Positions 28,696 to 37,311 of a stretch of 50,596 nt of DNA are shown here, one piece after another (position 1 is the first letter of the stretch; each line of letters begins with the position of its first letter). The stretch covers positions 1-50,596 of IMG/VR virus record IMGVR_UViG_3300043499_000126; one strand, given 5' to 3'. This DNA comes from a virus. Lineage: Duplodnaviria; Caudoviricetes. The notes under the pieces were generated by a model that was not told the origin of the DNA, searched no databases, and worked only from the letters and a program-made list of their open reading frames with translations. A program made the position numbers and the translations under genes.

Positions 28696-28791
28696 ATGGT
28701 CATCACATTGACGCGCAAGCAATACCGCAAGCTCGGCAGGTGGGCAGTGTCCATGCTGCTGTGTGGTGGCGCGCGCCTGAGAGTAGTGTAA
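28696..28791 (+). CDS. Putative leaderless 31-aa peptide (MVITLTRKQYRKLGRW...)
   Basis: ATG lies 7 nt after the -10 box, at the expected +1. Confidence 0.4.
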   Translation: MVITLTRKQYRKLGRWAVSMLLCGGARLRVV

Positions 28792-28802
28792 AGACTACAT
28801 AC

Positions 28803-28831
28803 TTGACAGGGCGCGCGCCATGTGGTATCAT
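28803..28831 (+). promoter_or_regulatory. Sigma70-type promoter
   Basis: TTGACA-17-TATCAT with extended -10 TG. Confidence 0.7.
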
Positions 28832-28849
28832 TGTCTGTAGTGAGGTTAT

Positions 28850-28972
28850 ATGAAAGTAACGGATTACGTCATCGTCAACGGCAAGCGTATCTATGCTGGC
28901 ATCTGTCAGCGATGCGGCAGTGTTAAGCCAGTGCAGTCGTCGTGCGACTGCTTTGACAACGGCTGTCAGTAG
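28850..28972 (+). CDS. 40-aa Cys-rich peptide (MKVTDYVIVNGKRIYAGICQRCGSVKPVQSSCDCFDNGCQ), not in the ORF track
   Basis: GAGGT RBS just after a promoter; CxxC...CxC...C. Confidence 0.55.
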   Translation: MKVTDYVIVNGKRIYAGICQRCGSVKPVQSSCDCFDNGCQ

Positions 28973-29000
28973 TCAACAGGGCAGTGTAAAAACTGCCCCC

Positions 29001-29028
29001 TTGACAATTCATTCCAGTGTGCTATAAT
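29001..29028 (+). promoter_or_regulatory. Sigma70-type promoter
   Basis: TTGACA-16-TATAAT with extended -10 TG. Confidence 0.7.
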
Positions 29029-29086
29029 ACAGGAATGGCAGGCAAGCCCGGATCGAACAGCCCAAAAGAAAAAACGGCTAAGGGGC

Positions 29087-29114
29087 TTGACAAACCTGCA
29101 AAGTGTGGTATACT
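29087..29114 (+). promoter_or_regulatory. Sigma70-type promoter
   Basis: TTGACA-16-TATACT with extended -10 TG; A-tract upstream. Confidence 0.7.
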
Positions 29115-29172
29115 TAAAAGGTAGCAAGAAACGGAAACCGGCGGAGACGCCAAACAGTGTAGGAGTTACGCA

Positions 29173-29655
29173 ATGAAGAAAGTTCGCGCAGAAAAGGCCG
29201 AGGAAGTGGTCACCCTCATGGGGGGTGAGTTGGATCTGAACACCGAGATCTCGAAGGAGAGCGAGGAAGTTCAGCGGCTGATCAAGGCCGGGGAGATTCG
29301 GGCCGACATCACGGTCAGCAAGCGCAAGGTCGACGGCAAGATGTATTCCAAGCAATACCTCCGCCTGAAGCCCACGACCGGTGTCGCCGTGGTCGCGTTG
29401 CAGCCCACCGAGACAACGTGGAAAGAGGAGAAGGATAAGGACGGCAACGATATCTCCGATTTCGACGGGCCGTGCTGGGTCAAGGACTTTTTCTACGGCA
29501 ACGATCTCGGGGTCAAGAACCGTGAATCGCAGCGTCTCGCAGTTCTGGTCGAAGGACCGGATAAGGCGAAGCAGGCCGCGGCGAAATCCCTCGCGAAGGC
29601 GTTCAACATCTCGGAGGACGAAGCGCTCAAGCGTATCAACGCGATGGGCATGTAA
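29173..29655 (+). CDS. Early hypothetical protein, probably highly expressed
   Basis: AGGAG RBS, tandem promoters upstream, terminator downstream. Confidence 0.8.
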   Translation: MKKVRAEKAEEVVTLMGGELDLNTEISKESEEVQRLIKAGEIRADITVSKRKVDGKMYSKQYLRLKPTTGVAVVALQPTETTWKEEKDKDGNDISDFDGPCWVKDFFYGNDLGVKNRESQRLAVLVEGPDKAKQAAAKSLAKAFNISEDEALKRINAMGM

Positions 29656-29671
29656 CACCGACGGGACCACT

Positions 29672-29704
29672 GGCAGAGGGACTGCAAACCTCTGCCCCTT
29701 TTTT
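29672..29704 (+). terminator. Rho-independent terminator
   Basis: GGCAGAGG/CCTCTGCC stem followed by a T-tract. Confidence 0.8.
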
Positions 29705-29976
29705 GCCTCGATATGAGGGTTTACGTCATGAACCCTGATATAGCGGCAAACGACGTGAGTTACATTGGCTTCCGAACGACTAGTTTGTTTCTAGTAAACG
29801 ACTAGTTCGTTATCAGTGTCGTATTAGTGTGCGGAACGCCCGTAACCCGTTCATTTGCAAGGGTTTACGCCGATCGGGGGATCGGGGCAGTTTGCAGGGG
29901 ACTATATGTGTGTCTTTTCTTTTTTTATTTTTTTTTTTATATAGTTCCCCCACACCGATACAATCACCTAGGGTGG

Positions 29977-30005
29977 TTGACAGAATGGCAAGGGTATGGT
30001 ATAAT
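29977..30005 (+). promoter_or_regulatory. Sigma70-type promoter
   Basis: Perfect TTGACA-17-TATAAT with extended -10 TG. Confidence 0.8.
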
Positions 30006-30104
30006 GCTCTTGAATGGTGCAACTCCTTTGTTTTCAACGCTTTACAGCCAAACAGTGTAAAAGCTACACACTAGTAACGTCGGGTTATTGCACTAGAGGC
30101 AAAC

Positions 30105-30371
30105 GTGAAACAGAATAGAAGCCCGGAAGCCATGTTATCTGATGTCGTTGAGGCACTATATAATGCCTCCGGTCATGAGCTAACACGACAGAAACTCATA
30201 CAGAGATTCTACGGGCGACAGGATGTTTCCACAGCCACGTTAGATCGTGCAATGAATTTACTGGTCAAGAGACGTATTATACAGTGGACGGGTCAAGGCT
30301 ATATGCTTACCCATGAATACACATCAAGTGACGAATACAAAGTGAGAGCCAATGAAGATTATTCCCGGTGA
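30105..30371 (+). CDS. Winged-helix DNA-binding protein
   Basis: HELTRQKLIQRFYG...TLDRAMNLLVKRRII...GYML; similar to the C-terminus of 43740..44936. Confidence 0.65.
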   Translation: MKQNRSPEAMLSDVVEALYNASGHELTRQKLIQRFYGRQDVSTATLDRAMNLLVKRRIIQWTGQGYMLTHEYTSSDEYKVRANEDYSR

Positions 30372-30807
30372 ATACGACATTGTCAGCAGGCAGACAATGA
30401 ACCCTGCAAGGTTGCGCGCCGCGCATCGCACGTCATGTGATGCTTCGATGGCATACTTGCTGGTCGCTGTAATGCATTCGCACGCATTTCCTAACGGCCA
30501 AGTTCAGATCCCCAAAGTAAGACTCCGACGTCCACGAGTAGGTCTCACAGCCGCTCGCGGCTGGGGCGGTGTCAAGAATGGTAGAGGCTATATGAGCCTC
30601 CCTGAGACACCTATGATCAACCCTGACAAGCCATATGGCAGATTGCGCGCCGGGCTAGTGATTCACGAATACGCGCATGTCGTAGAGTTTCTAAAGTTCG
30701 GCAGGTCAGATCATGGTGCGCGTTTCACGATGATCCTTGACGAGTTATTGTTCCACACAGAGAAGTTCTGGTCAGCGAGCCATAGTATGGCTGCGGAGGC
30801 AAAGTGA
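30352..30807 (+). CDS. SprT-like zinc metallopeptidase
   Basis: VIHEYAH (HExxH) followed by HGARF. Confidence 0.7.
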   Translation: MKIIPGEYDIVSRQTMNPARLRAAHRTSCDASMAYLLVAVMHSHAFPNGQVQIPKVRLRRPRVGLTAARGWGGVKNGRGYMSLPETPMINPDKPYGRLRAGLVIHEYAHVVEFLKFGRSDHGARFTMILDELLFHTEKFWSASHSMAAEAK

Positions 30808-31310
30808 GCGACGAATCGAATGAATCAGCTGTTCACCCGATGAACGGCGACAGCGAAATGATGGACGCTAATCATGGTGTCCAGCCAAGCGATACGCCTA
30901 TTCAGGAACGTCTGAAGAAAGCCTATATCGACAAATACAATTCACTCAAGGTGTCGGATATGACACCTGAGCAAGTGAAGTTCCACATTGCGGATCTTGA
31001 AGACGCAATCAAGATTCTACAGACTCAGCTACAGGCCACGATGGATGTGGATGACGAATGGGCTGAGACTGCTACATCTGAGGAGCGCGAGAAGTTGCGC
31101 GCCGCAGATAAGAAATATCGTGCCAAAGCTCGACCTGCAATGAATGCAGATGGCACAATCAAGACAGCCAAGCCCAGAGAGGCTAAGCCAGTTGTGGTCG
31201 GTGATGCTGGATCGCAGGCATTCGAGAACCTCGTAAACAAGCTGGTCGCGGCAGGTCAGACTCGTGAGATGGCAGTAAAGCTCATTCAAGGGATGAAAGG
31301 GACAAAGTGA
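30804..31310 (+). CDS. Hypothetical coiled-coil protein
   Basis: GGAGG RBS, GTGA overlap. Confidence 0.7.
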   Translation: MSDESNESAVHPMNGDSEMMDANHGVQPSDTPIQERLKKAYIDKYNSLKVSDMTPEQVKFHIADLEDAIKILQTQLQATMDVDDEWAETATSEEREKLRAADKKYRAKARPAMNADGTIKTAKPREAKPVVVGDAGSQAFENLVNKLVAAGQTREMAVKLIQGMKGTK

Positions 31311-31456
31311 GAGACGCATTCGTGACATACTCACATAGGACGGGTGACTACACGGTCACCCTGCGTGAGAATAAGGTAATCAAGGAAACACGGACGACAA
31401 GCAACTATCACGATTTGGGATTGACAATCTCAAATTGGATTCACAACGGATACTAA
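31307..31456 (+). CDS. Small hypothetical protein (49 aa), not in the ORF track
   Basis: GTGA overlap with the upstream stop; open to TAA at 31456. Confidence 0.5.
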   Translation: MRDAFVTYSHRTGDYTVTLRENKVIKETRTTSNYHDLGLTISNWIHNGY

Positions 31457-31459
31457 ATC

Positions 31460-31648
31460 ATGATCAAAGGTCGACTCAAGTTCGCATTCAAGTTCATCAT
31501 GCTACAGGCGATCATCGTGTCAGTGGCATTCCTCTGTGGCTCATTCGAGGAAGTTCGCACCGACAGCTCAGGTGATTGGTGCGCGCATTTCAATACGTTC
31601 ATGGTCTGTAACACTCCAGGAGGCACGGATTACGTGCTTGGCGAATGA
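31460..31648 (+). CDS. Small membrane-anchored protein
   Basis: Hydrophobic N-terminal segment FAFKFIMLQAIIVSVAFLC. Confidence 0.55.
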   Translation: MIKGRLKFAFKFIMLQAIIVSVAFLCGSFEEVRTDSSGDWCAHFNTFMVCNTPGGTDYVLGE

Positions 31649-31833
31649 GAAAAGTTACAGCAGAGATTACCAGACGCGATCACAAAGGTGATCGCGTCAG
31701 GGTCGAGGTCAAGATCGATGAGGTCGAGACTATCGATGAAGCTATCGAAGTGCTTGGTCGGCTCGAAGTGCTCAGATACATTCGATACGCACACAGATTA
31801 CATCAACTCAGCAAACATTATCAACGATCATGA
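31645..31833 (+). CDS. Small hypothetical protein
   Basis: ATGA coupling on both sides. Confidence 0.6.
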   Translation: MRKVTAEITRRDHKGDRVRVEVKIDEVETIDEAIEVLGRLEVLRYIRYAHRLHQLSKHYQRS

Positions 31834-31994
31834 CTGATGATGAGAAGCGCACAATAAAGCAGGTATCCTCAGACCTCTACGAGGTGGCGCGCGTGAAACG
31901 AAACGACAGCGATTCGACATTCGTGACTGTTCGCAGACAGTTTCTAGAGGGTCTCGCTGAGTTTCTCATGACACTAGTTAAAGGGACAAAGTGA
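31830..31994 (+). CDS. Small hypothetical protein (MTDDEKRTIKQV...), 54 aa, not in the ORF track
   Basis: ATGA coupling; ends in the same AAGGGACAAAGTGA junction as 30804..31310. Confidence 0.5.
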   Translation: MTDDEKRTIKQVSSDLYEVARVKRNDSDSTFVTVRRQFLEGLAEFLMTLVKGTK

Positions 31995-32093
31995 AGACAA
32001 CGACAGATCAAGTTCTCGATGCAATCAAGGAAGTTCAGACAAGGGACGCTAACGAACTACACGTTCTGTCGATTCTTGAGAGACTTCTAAAGG

Positions 32094-32531
32094 GTGAGGA
32101 TGTATATTCTAAACTGCCAGGCATTCGACGCCGAGCGCTCCGCAAGATACAAAAATGAGTGCTGTCAAGGCGACTGTCACGAAACAAAGGCATTCATAAA
32201 TGTCACACCGTATGCAGACGACGCGACTCTCGAGAATCGTAAGATAGATTGGACTCTCGGAATACAGGGTTATGTCTGCTGTGGCAGATACGAGTTTGTT
32301 CGGTCTTTGAGTCGAGAATGGTGGGTGCGCGCCTTAGCAAAGATCGACAACTGGTCAGAGGACAAAGTGAGGCAGTACCTCACGCAAGGGTCATGGCACA
32401 AAGTATATGATGTCAAGACTCGACGAACCGAAGTAGTAGTTGCGACGAAGCGAAGTAAAGCTAACAAGTGTCCACAGTGTGGATCAACATGGAATGAGGT
32501 AGCGTGTGATGACTGCGGTTATTCAAACTAG
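32094..32531 (+). CDS. Cys-rich protein with C-terminal zinc ribbon
   Basis: CC...C...CC and CPQCG...CDDCG. Confidence 0.6.
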   Translation: MRMYILNCQAFDAERSARYKNECCQGDCHETKAFINVTPYADDATLENRKIDWTLGIQGYVCCGRYEFVRSLSREWWVRALAKIDNWSEDKVRQYLTQGSWHKVYDVKTRRTEVVVATKRSKANKCPQCGSTWNEVACDDCGYSN

Positions 32532-32751
32532 AGCACAACGTCGGATGCTGGAATTACAGGCCGCACTAGCGGACTGGCATGAGATGAATACAGATACACA
32601 GTGGGCGCGCGTTTCGTGCGATGAGTATCTGGTCACTCTGTCATACGGTGTAATTCACTCGAACGGATTTGAGGAATGTGCGCTTGGTTCACGCCTCTAC
32701 GTCGCTAAAGAGGGATGGATCGTAGTTGTCCCTTCGACGCACGGAGGTTAG
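32506..32751 (+). CDS. Hypothetical protein
   Basis: GAGGT RBS; 81 aa. Confidence 0.55.
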   Translation: MMTAVIQTRAQRRMLELQAALADWHEMNTDTQWARVSCDEYLVTLSYGVIHSNGFEECALGSRLYVAKEGWIVVVPSTHGG

Positions 32752-32814
32752 CTGTTCATCGGGTGAACAGGTAAACAGTGTAATATTTACATACAGTCGT
32801 GTAAATTCTACCTA

Positions 32815-32843
32815 TTGACAAGCTGAGTGATCCGTGGTATAAT
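32815..32843 (+). promoter_or_regulatory. Sigma70-type promoter
   Basis: Perfect TTGACA-17-TATAAT with extended -10 TG. Confidence 0.8.
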
Positions 32844-32872
32844 TTGCACTGCACATCGAGGAAGGATTCATT

Positions 32873-33061
32873 ATGGACAGAGACAGAGATCATCAGTACG
32901 CACTTCTCAAGGAACACGGTTATCGGATCGATACCCGTGGAGCAAGGTTCACACTCATTCATGGTGTGACAGCAAGGTCATTCCAGACATTCGATGAGGC
33001 TTTGAATGCAGGCCTCGTTGCAATCGATCCGAAGTTGGTTCGCTACGTCAACGGAGCCTAG
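32873..33061 (+). CDS. Small hypothetical protein
   Basis: AAGGA RBS after a promoter. Confidence 0.65.
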   Translation: MDRDRDHQYALLKEHGYRIDTRGARFTLIHGVTARSFQTFDEALNAGLVAIDPKLVRYVNGA

Positions 33062-33290
33062 ACTGTGCAACGGGCCTTCTCATAGAGAAGGTCAGTTAGG
33101 CAGCCTAGACACTTGGCCTGCTGATCACAGGCAAAGGGGAACTGGACTTGTGGATCGAGCTAAGTCGCTATGACGTCCCTTGTTACGGTTGGTTACAAAT
33201 CCCCATGACCGACAATGCCTTTACGGTCACTATTCTACCCGGTGCGCGCGTCGCACCTTAAAGATGACGCGGAGAGGACATTTCAAGAGT

Positions 33291-34928
33291 ATGAGTACAG
33301 GTATCGCGGTCCACAAGGGCCAATCACAGCTTCGCTACAAGTGCATTCACTGTGGCAAGGCAGTGACGGAGGTCAAGCGCAATCGGCTCGGCAAGTATTG
33401 GTCGCTGACGTTGGAGTGCGGCCATAACCAGATGGTCGAGGCACTGTCCGAGACCAAGGTCGATGAGATCGTCAAGAAGTGGGAAGAGTTTCAGAGCGTC
33501 GACGGTCGTAAGCTATACAACTTTCAGAAAGCGGGCGCGTCTTTCGCGATTGAGTCTAACGGTCGTTGCCTCATCGCTGATGAGATGGGCCTTGGCAAGA
33601 CAGTTCAGGCACTCGCATTCCTCTGGTATATGGGAGTGCGCGCCCTGCCAGCTCTGGTCGTAACTAAGAGCACACTCAAGTATCAGTGGTCTCACGAGTC
33701 ATATAGGTTCCTTGGTGAGGGTGTCCTGAATCAGGTCATCGAAAACAAGAATCAGAAGCCTCTGACGGAGCACGGGTTCAAGATCGTCATTATCTCCTTC
33801 GATATGCTGAGGCGCTGTGCCTGGGTCGAGGATGAGAAGTTCATGAAAGATCGTTTCAAGACGATCATCATCGACGAGACACAGAACATCAAGAACCCAA
33901 GTGCGGCACGGACGGCCTGCGTGAGGAAGCTCGCACGATACAGCCCATATGTGCTGGGTTTGTCAGGGACGCCAATCAAGAACAACGCTCTGGAATATTT
34001 CACGATCCTGAACATTCTCAAGCCCGAGCGCTTCCCAAGTTTGAGAGGGTTCGAGTCCAACTACATCAACACCTACACAAACGGTGGATATCGTAAAGCA
34101 GGTGGTCTGCAAGACCCCGAATACTTCGCCGAAAAGACGAAGGACTTCATCATCAGAAGGACACAGGACGAGGTTATGCCTGATCTACCGAAGCTGAATC
34201 GAACTTACCGTTACGCTGAGCTTGGCCCTGACGTTGAAGAGGCTTACGCGCGCCTGATGAAGAAGTTCGAGGAAGCCTACAATTCCGAGGGTGGGATGAA
34301 GATGTTCGGGACTGGCGGCATTCTCGAATACATGACTCATATGAAGCACCTGACAGGCTTGGCTAAGGTCGAGCCGGTTGTGGACTTCGTGACGGACTTC
34401 CTCACTGATACGGATCGGAAGATCACGATCTTCGTGCATCACAAGGACGTTCACGGCAAGATCGATGCGCTGCTTTGCACATTGTGTCAGGCACTTGGCC
34501 TCGATATGCCAATCAGCTTGTCCTCAGATCTGACACCTGAGATGCGTCACGAAGTTGTGATGGAGTTCAAGAATAACCCGAAGGCGCGCGTGATGATCGC
34601 CTCGACACTCGCAAGTGGAGAGGGTCTGAACCTTCAGTTCTGTTCAGATTGTATCATGGCAGAGCAACAGTGGAATCCTGCTAACGAGGAGCAGGCTGAG
34701 GCTCGATTCAAAAGAATAGGTAGCGAAGCATCGATCATCAACGCCACCTACCAGATTGCACTCAGCACCATTGACGAGTTCCTCGCAGACCTGAAGGCCA
34801 GCAAGCGGCACATCATTGAGGAAGCTCTGACGGGACAGAAGAACACCGTGCCCTACGTCGAGCAGGAGATGATGAAAGAGCTTGCTGACATCATCATGAC
34901 CAAGGGCTTGAAGCGGTGGAAGCTGTGA
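33291..34928 (+). CDS. SNF2-family (SF2) helicase with N-terminal zinc finger
   Basis: LIADEMGLGKT, IIIDETQ, LSGTP, SGEGLNLQ, QAEARFKRIG; CIHC...CGH; start set at ATG 33291 after a GGAGAGG RBS. Confidence 0.9.
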   Translation: MSTGIAVHKGQSQLRYKCIHCGKAVTEVKRNRLGKYWSLTLECGHNQMVEALSETKVDEIVKKWEEFQSVDGRKLYNFQKAGASFAIESNGRCLIADEMGLGKTVQALAFLWYMGVRALPALVVTKSTLKYQWSHESYRFLGEGVLNQVIENKNQKPLTEHGFKIVIISFDMLRRCAWVEDEKFMKDRFKTIIIDETQNIKNPSAARTACVRKLARYSPYVLGLSGTPIKNNALEYFTILNILKPERFPSLRGFESNYINTYTNGGYRKAGGLQDPEYFAEKTKDFIIRRTQDEVMPDLPKLNRTYRYAELGPDVEEAYARLMKKFEEAYNSEGGMKMFGTGGILEYMTHMKHLTGLAKVEPVVDFVTDFLTDTDRKITIFVHHKDVHGKIDALLCTLCQALGLDMPISLSSDLTPEMRHEVVMEFKNNPKARVMIASTLASGEGLNLQFCSDCIMAEQQWNPANEEQAEARFKRIGSEASIINATYQIALSTIDEFLADLKASKRHIIEEALTGQKNTVPYVEQEMMKELADIIMTKGLKRWKL

Positions 34929-35158
34929 AGAAAGAGGTTCGACACTGGACAGACGAGGAGGCTCTCATCCATGTGGAGGAGAGTCTCAACTCGTTTGAGA
35001 GGGAGCGGCTCCTGCTTATTAAGGGTCAGGAAGCAGGGAGTCTCTGGGCACAAAATAGAGGTGGCGACTCAGCAATCGCCAACCTCACTCGATTGATCGA
35101 GAACTACCAGCGGATGACCAGGCTACTCGTTGATAAGATAGTAGGGAGTAAGAGATGA
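34916..35158 (+). CDS. Hypothetical protein
   Basis: 80-aa ORF in the operon. Confidence 0.55.
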   Translation: MEAVKKEVRHWTDEEALIHVEESLNSFERERLLLIKGQEAGSLWAQNRGGDSAIANLTRLIENYQRMTRLLVDKIVGSKR

Positions 35159-35466
35159 GACCACTTGGTTTGTTGATTGTCTGGCAGAAGACAGGTCAGC
35201 GTTGGGAGATCATGAAAACTGGTCTCTTTGGTTACTACCAGAACGGCGTTGATTATCTCAACGAATTCGCTCGGGTCAAGGGATGGCAGGAATCAAAGGT
35301 CAATATGACTGGGACTCTTGCCTACGAGACAGGACCATTTCGCATCGAGTTGACTCTGGTCGAGGCAACAGGTGTGGATCTTTCTAAAGAGACTTATCTA
35401 TTTCAGGAGTTGGAAAATGCTGAAGCGCGAGACGATCGAGAAGTGCATCGGGAAGACGTTCGCTGA
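35155..35466 (+). CDS. Hypothetical protein
   Basis: GGGAG RBS, ATGA overlap. Confidence 0.55.
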   Translation: MRPLGLLIVWQKTGQRWEIMKTGLFGYYQNGVDYLNEFARVKGWQESKVNMTGTLAYETGPFRIELTLVEATGVDLSKETYLFQELENAEARDDREVHREDVR

Positions 35467-35818
35467 CAAGGTTGACGACCTTGTTCTCAATGTGTCGAGT
35501 GAGCTTTCATTCACACGTCGAGAGATGGTCGAGGATCTCGGGTGCGCGAATTTCATTGCCGCTGCTCGACTCGAAAAGATTCTCAAGAAGCTGAAGATCC
35601 ATACGGTCAAACAGCTTTGGGATGCCAATCCAATTGACCTCCTCCGTGCGCGTGGCATTGGTGAAGCGTCAATGTACGTTGCAATGTGCATTCTCGACAC
35701 GCGCAAGTATAGTGTCGAGGAGTGGTGGGGTTGGGGTGGTAATCTCGTCAAGTTCTCCACGTTCAAGCATCACGCGGCTCGGAGAGCGAGCAAGAGAGGC
35801 AAACAGGAAGTAGCATGA
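35417..35818 (+). CDS. Protein with an RNA polymerase alpha-CTD-like (HhH) domain
   Basis: RLEKILKKLKIHTVKQLWDANPIDLLRARGIGEAS follows the alpha-CTD/HhH pattern; AGGAG RBS before ATG 35417. Confidence 0.55.
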   Translation: MLKRETIEKCIGKTFADKVDDLVLNVSSELSFTRREMVEDLGCANFIAAARLEKILKKLKIHTVKQLWDANPIDLLRARGIGEASMYVAMCILDTRKYSVEEWWGWGGNLVKFSTFKHHAARRASKRGKQEVA

Positions 35819-36096
35819 CAGAAGAACCTGTCGACCACGAAGTGCCACCGAGTCAGTGTCCTCGCTGCTTTGCCTATCTTGACAGGGCAGGTGAGACAGA
35901 CTCTAAGGTGCGCGCTCCGCAACCAGGTGACATCTCGATTTGCCTCCACTGTGGTGCTATCCTGATGTTCGACGACGATATGAAGCTGGTCTATGCACCA
36001 GACGAGAAGATAACAATAGAGGCATATGCCTTGTCGCTTCTATATTACAAGCCAATCGTCCGCGTCTGGGTCGATGGTGATGGGAAGGTTCACTAA
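35815..36096 (+). CDS. Zinc-finger protein
   Basis: CPRC...CLHC. Confidence 0.65.
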   Translation: MTEEPVDHEVPPSQCPRCFAYLDRAGETDSKVRAPQPGDISICLHCGAILMFDDDMKLVYAPDEKITIEAYALSLLYYKPIVRVWVDGDGKVH

Positions 36097-37019
36097 TGGG
36101 TAGGCGAGTCATCGCTGCCGACAGTCAGATACTGAATACGGTTATGGCGTGCGGCCGTAAAACAAATCTTGAGTTCAAGCTCAATCTACGTCCTCATGTG
36201 AAGGCTGAAGCTCTTGAGAAGGGCGACCTGATGCATCGTATGCTTCATCCCTATTACTATGGTCGCATCAAGAATCCTAAGCCTCATCACTTAACTGTGA
36301 GGTTGGAAGATGGAACTGGTGAAGCTCCTCATCCATACGCACGGTTTATCGGGATGGACCACAAAGAGCTTGTCGATACCTGCACTGAGATCGGGCGCGT
36401 CGCGTCCTTCGACATGGACCTTGAGCCTGAGTACCGCAACGAGTGTCTCAAGCAGTTCAGAGAGTACGCTTTTCATTTCGCAGGTGACGGTTGGTTCGCA
36501 CTCGAAGTTGAGCAATCGTTCACACGCACTTTATATGAGGACGACGATCTCCGCATCGACTACGAAGGGATCGTTGACTTGGTGGCCGATGGTCCGATGG
36601 GAGTCATCGCGGTCGACCACAAAACTGCTTCAAGGCGTGAAGTTCCAAGTGACCTGTCGAATCAGTTCATGGGTTATTGCTGGGCGTTGGACATTCCACG
36701 CCTTATCATAAACCGAATTGGTTTTCAGAAGACGCTGACTCCTAGTGAGAGGTTTCAGCGTATCGTCCTGAGCTATCCACAGGGTCGCATCGATGAGTGG
36801 CAGTATTGGGCTACCTACTGGCTCAAGGTCTACGCATTCTATTTGGAGAATGACGTATGGCCGCCGAACTTCACATCCTGTGACAAATACTCAGGTTGCA
36901 TCTTCCAGCGTATCTGCACCAGAGTCCCAGAGGCTCGTGAGTTCGAGATGCAGACGAAGTTCAGGGTAGTTGAACCTTGGAGTCCTCATACACGAGACAC
37001 CTCTAAACTGTTAGGTTAA
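36096..37019 (+). CDS. PD-(D/E)XK Cas4-like exonuclease
   Basis: EVEQSF...GIVDLV...VDHKT...Q...Y; one N-terminal Cys plus C-terminal CDKYSGCIFQRIC. Confidence 0.85.
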   Translation: MGRRVIAADSQILNTVMACGRKTNLEFKLNLRPHVKAEALEKGDLMHRMLHPYYYGRIKNPKPHHLTVRLEDGTGEAPHPYARFIGMDHKELVDTCTEIGRVASFDMDLEPEYRNECLKQFREYAFHFAGDGWFALEVEQSFTRTLYEDDDLRIDYEGIVDLVADGPMGVIAVDHKTASRREVPSDLSNQFMGYCWALDIPRLIINRIGFQKTLTPSERFQRIVLSYPQGRIDEWQYWATYWLKVYAFYLENDVWPPNFTSCDKYSGCIFQRICTRVPEAREFEMQTKFRVVEPWSPHTRDTSKLLG

Positions 37020-37023
37020 GATC

Positions 37024-37308
37024 ATGCCAAGCATCAAACACGTCCACAAATACTTCCGTCGAAAGATGGGGAAGGGCTATATCGTCTACGCCTGTGCGCT
37101 TCCTGACTGCACGCACTACATCCGAGAGGAACTGGTCGTCGGCAAGAAGACGATCTGTTGGGTGTGTGGCAGACAGACACTGGTTTATCGAGACAGCAAT
37201 GGCATTCTCGCAAGGCCGCACTGTAAGACCTGCACCAAAAAGAAGACAGAGGAAAAGGGAATGTTCGATCTTCCTCCTCTGGACATCCCTAACATTCTAC
37301 CAGGATAG
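37024..37308 (+). CDS. Zinc-finger protein
   Basis: HVH...CALPDCTH, CWVC, CKTC. Confidence 0.65.
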   Translation: MPSIKHVHKYFRRKMGKGYIVYACALPDCTHYIREELVVGKKTICWVCGRQTLVYRDSNGILARPHCKTCTKKKTEEKGMFDLPPLDIPNILPG

Positions 37309-37311
37309 ATC

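Larger units (their letters stand above)
28383..30045 (+). repeat. Three degenerate 26-bp repeats in the control region
   Basis: TAAACCCTTTGTTTGCAACGACTTAC (28383), TAACCCGTTCATTTGCAAGGGTTTAC (29843), CAACTCCTTTGTTTTCAACGCTTTAC (30020). Confidence 0.6.
23591..32433. repeat. Exact 13-mer CGACGAACCGAAG, 5 copies, all on the transcribed strand
   Basis: Minus strand at 23591, 25831, 25985, 26332; plus strand at 32421. Confidence 0.75.

Noticed and set aside
28966-29670. 234-aa minus-strand ORF
   Set aside because: Antisense to 29173..29655, which has promoters, RBS and terminator, and it runs across the promoters
33180-33290. N-terminal extension of the helicase ORF from a TTG start
   Set aside because: A better RBS and ATG lie at 33291
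36096-37019. Cas4-like gene as part of a CRISPR-Cas system
   Set aside because: No array or other cas genes; it sits in an ordinary exonuclease-Sak4-SSB recombination module
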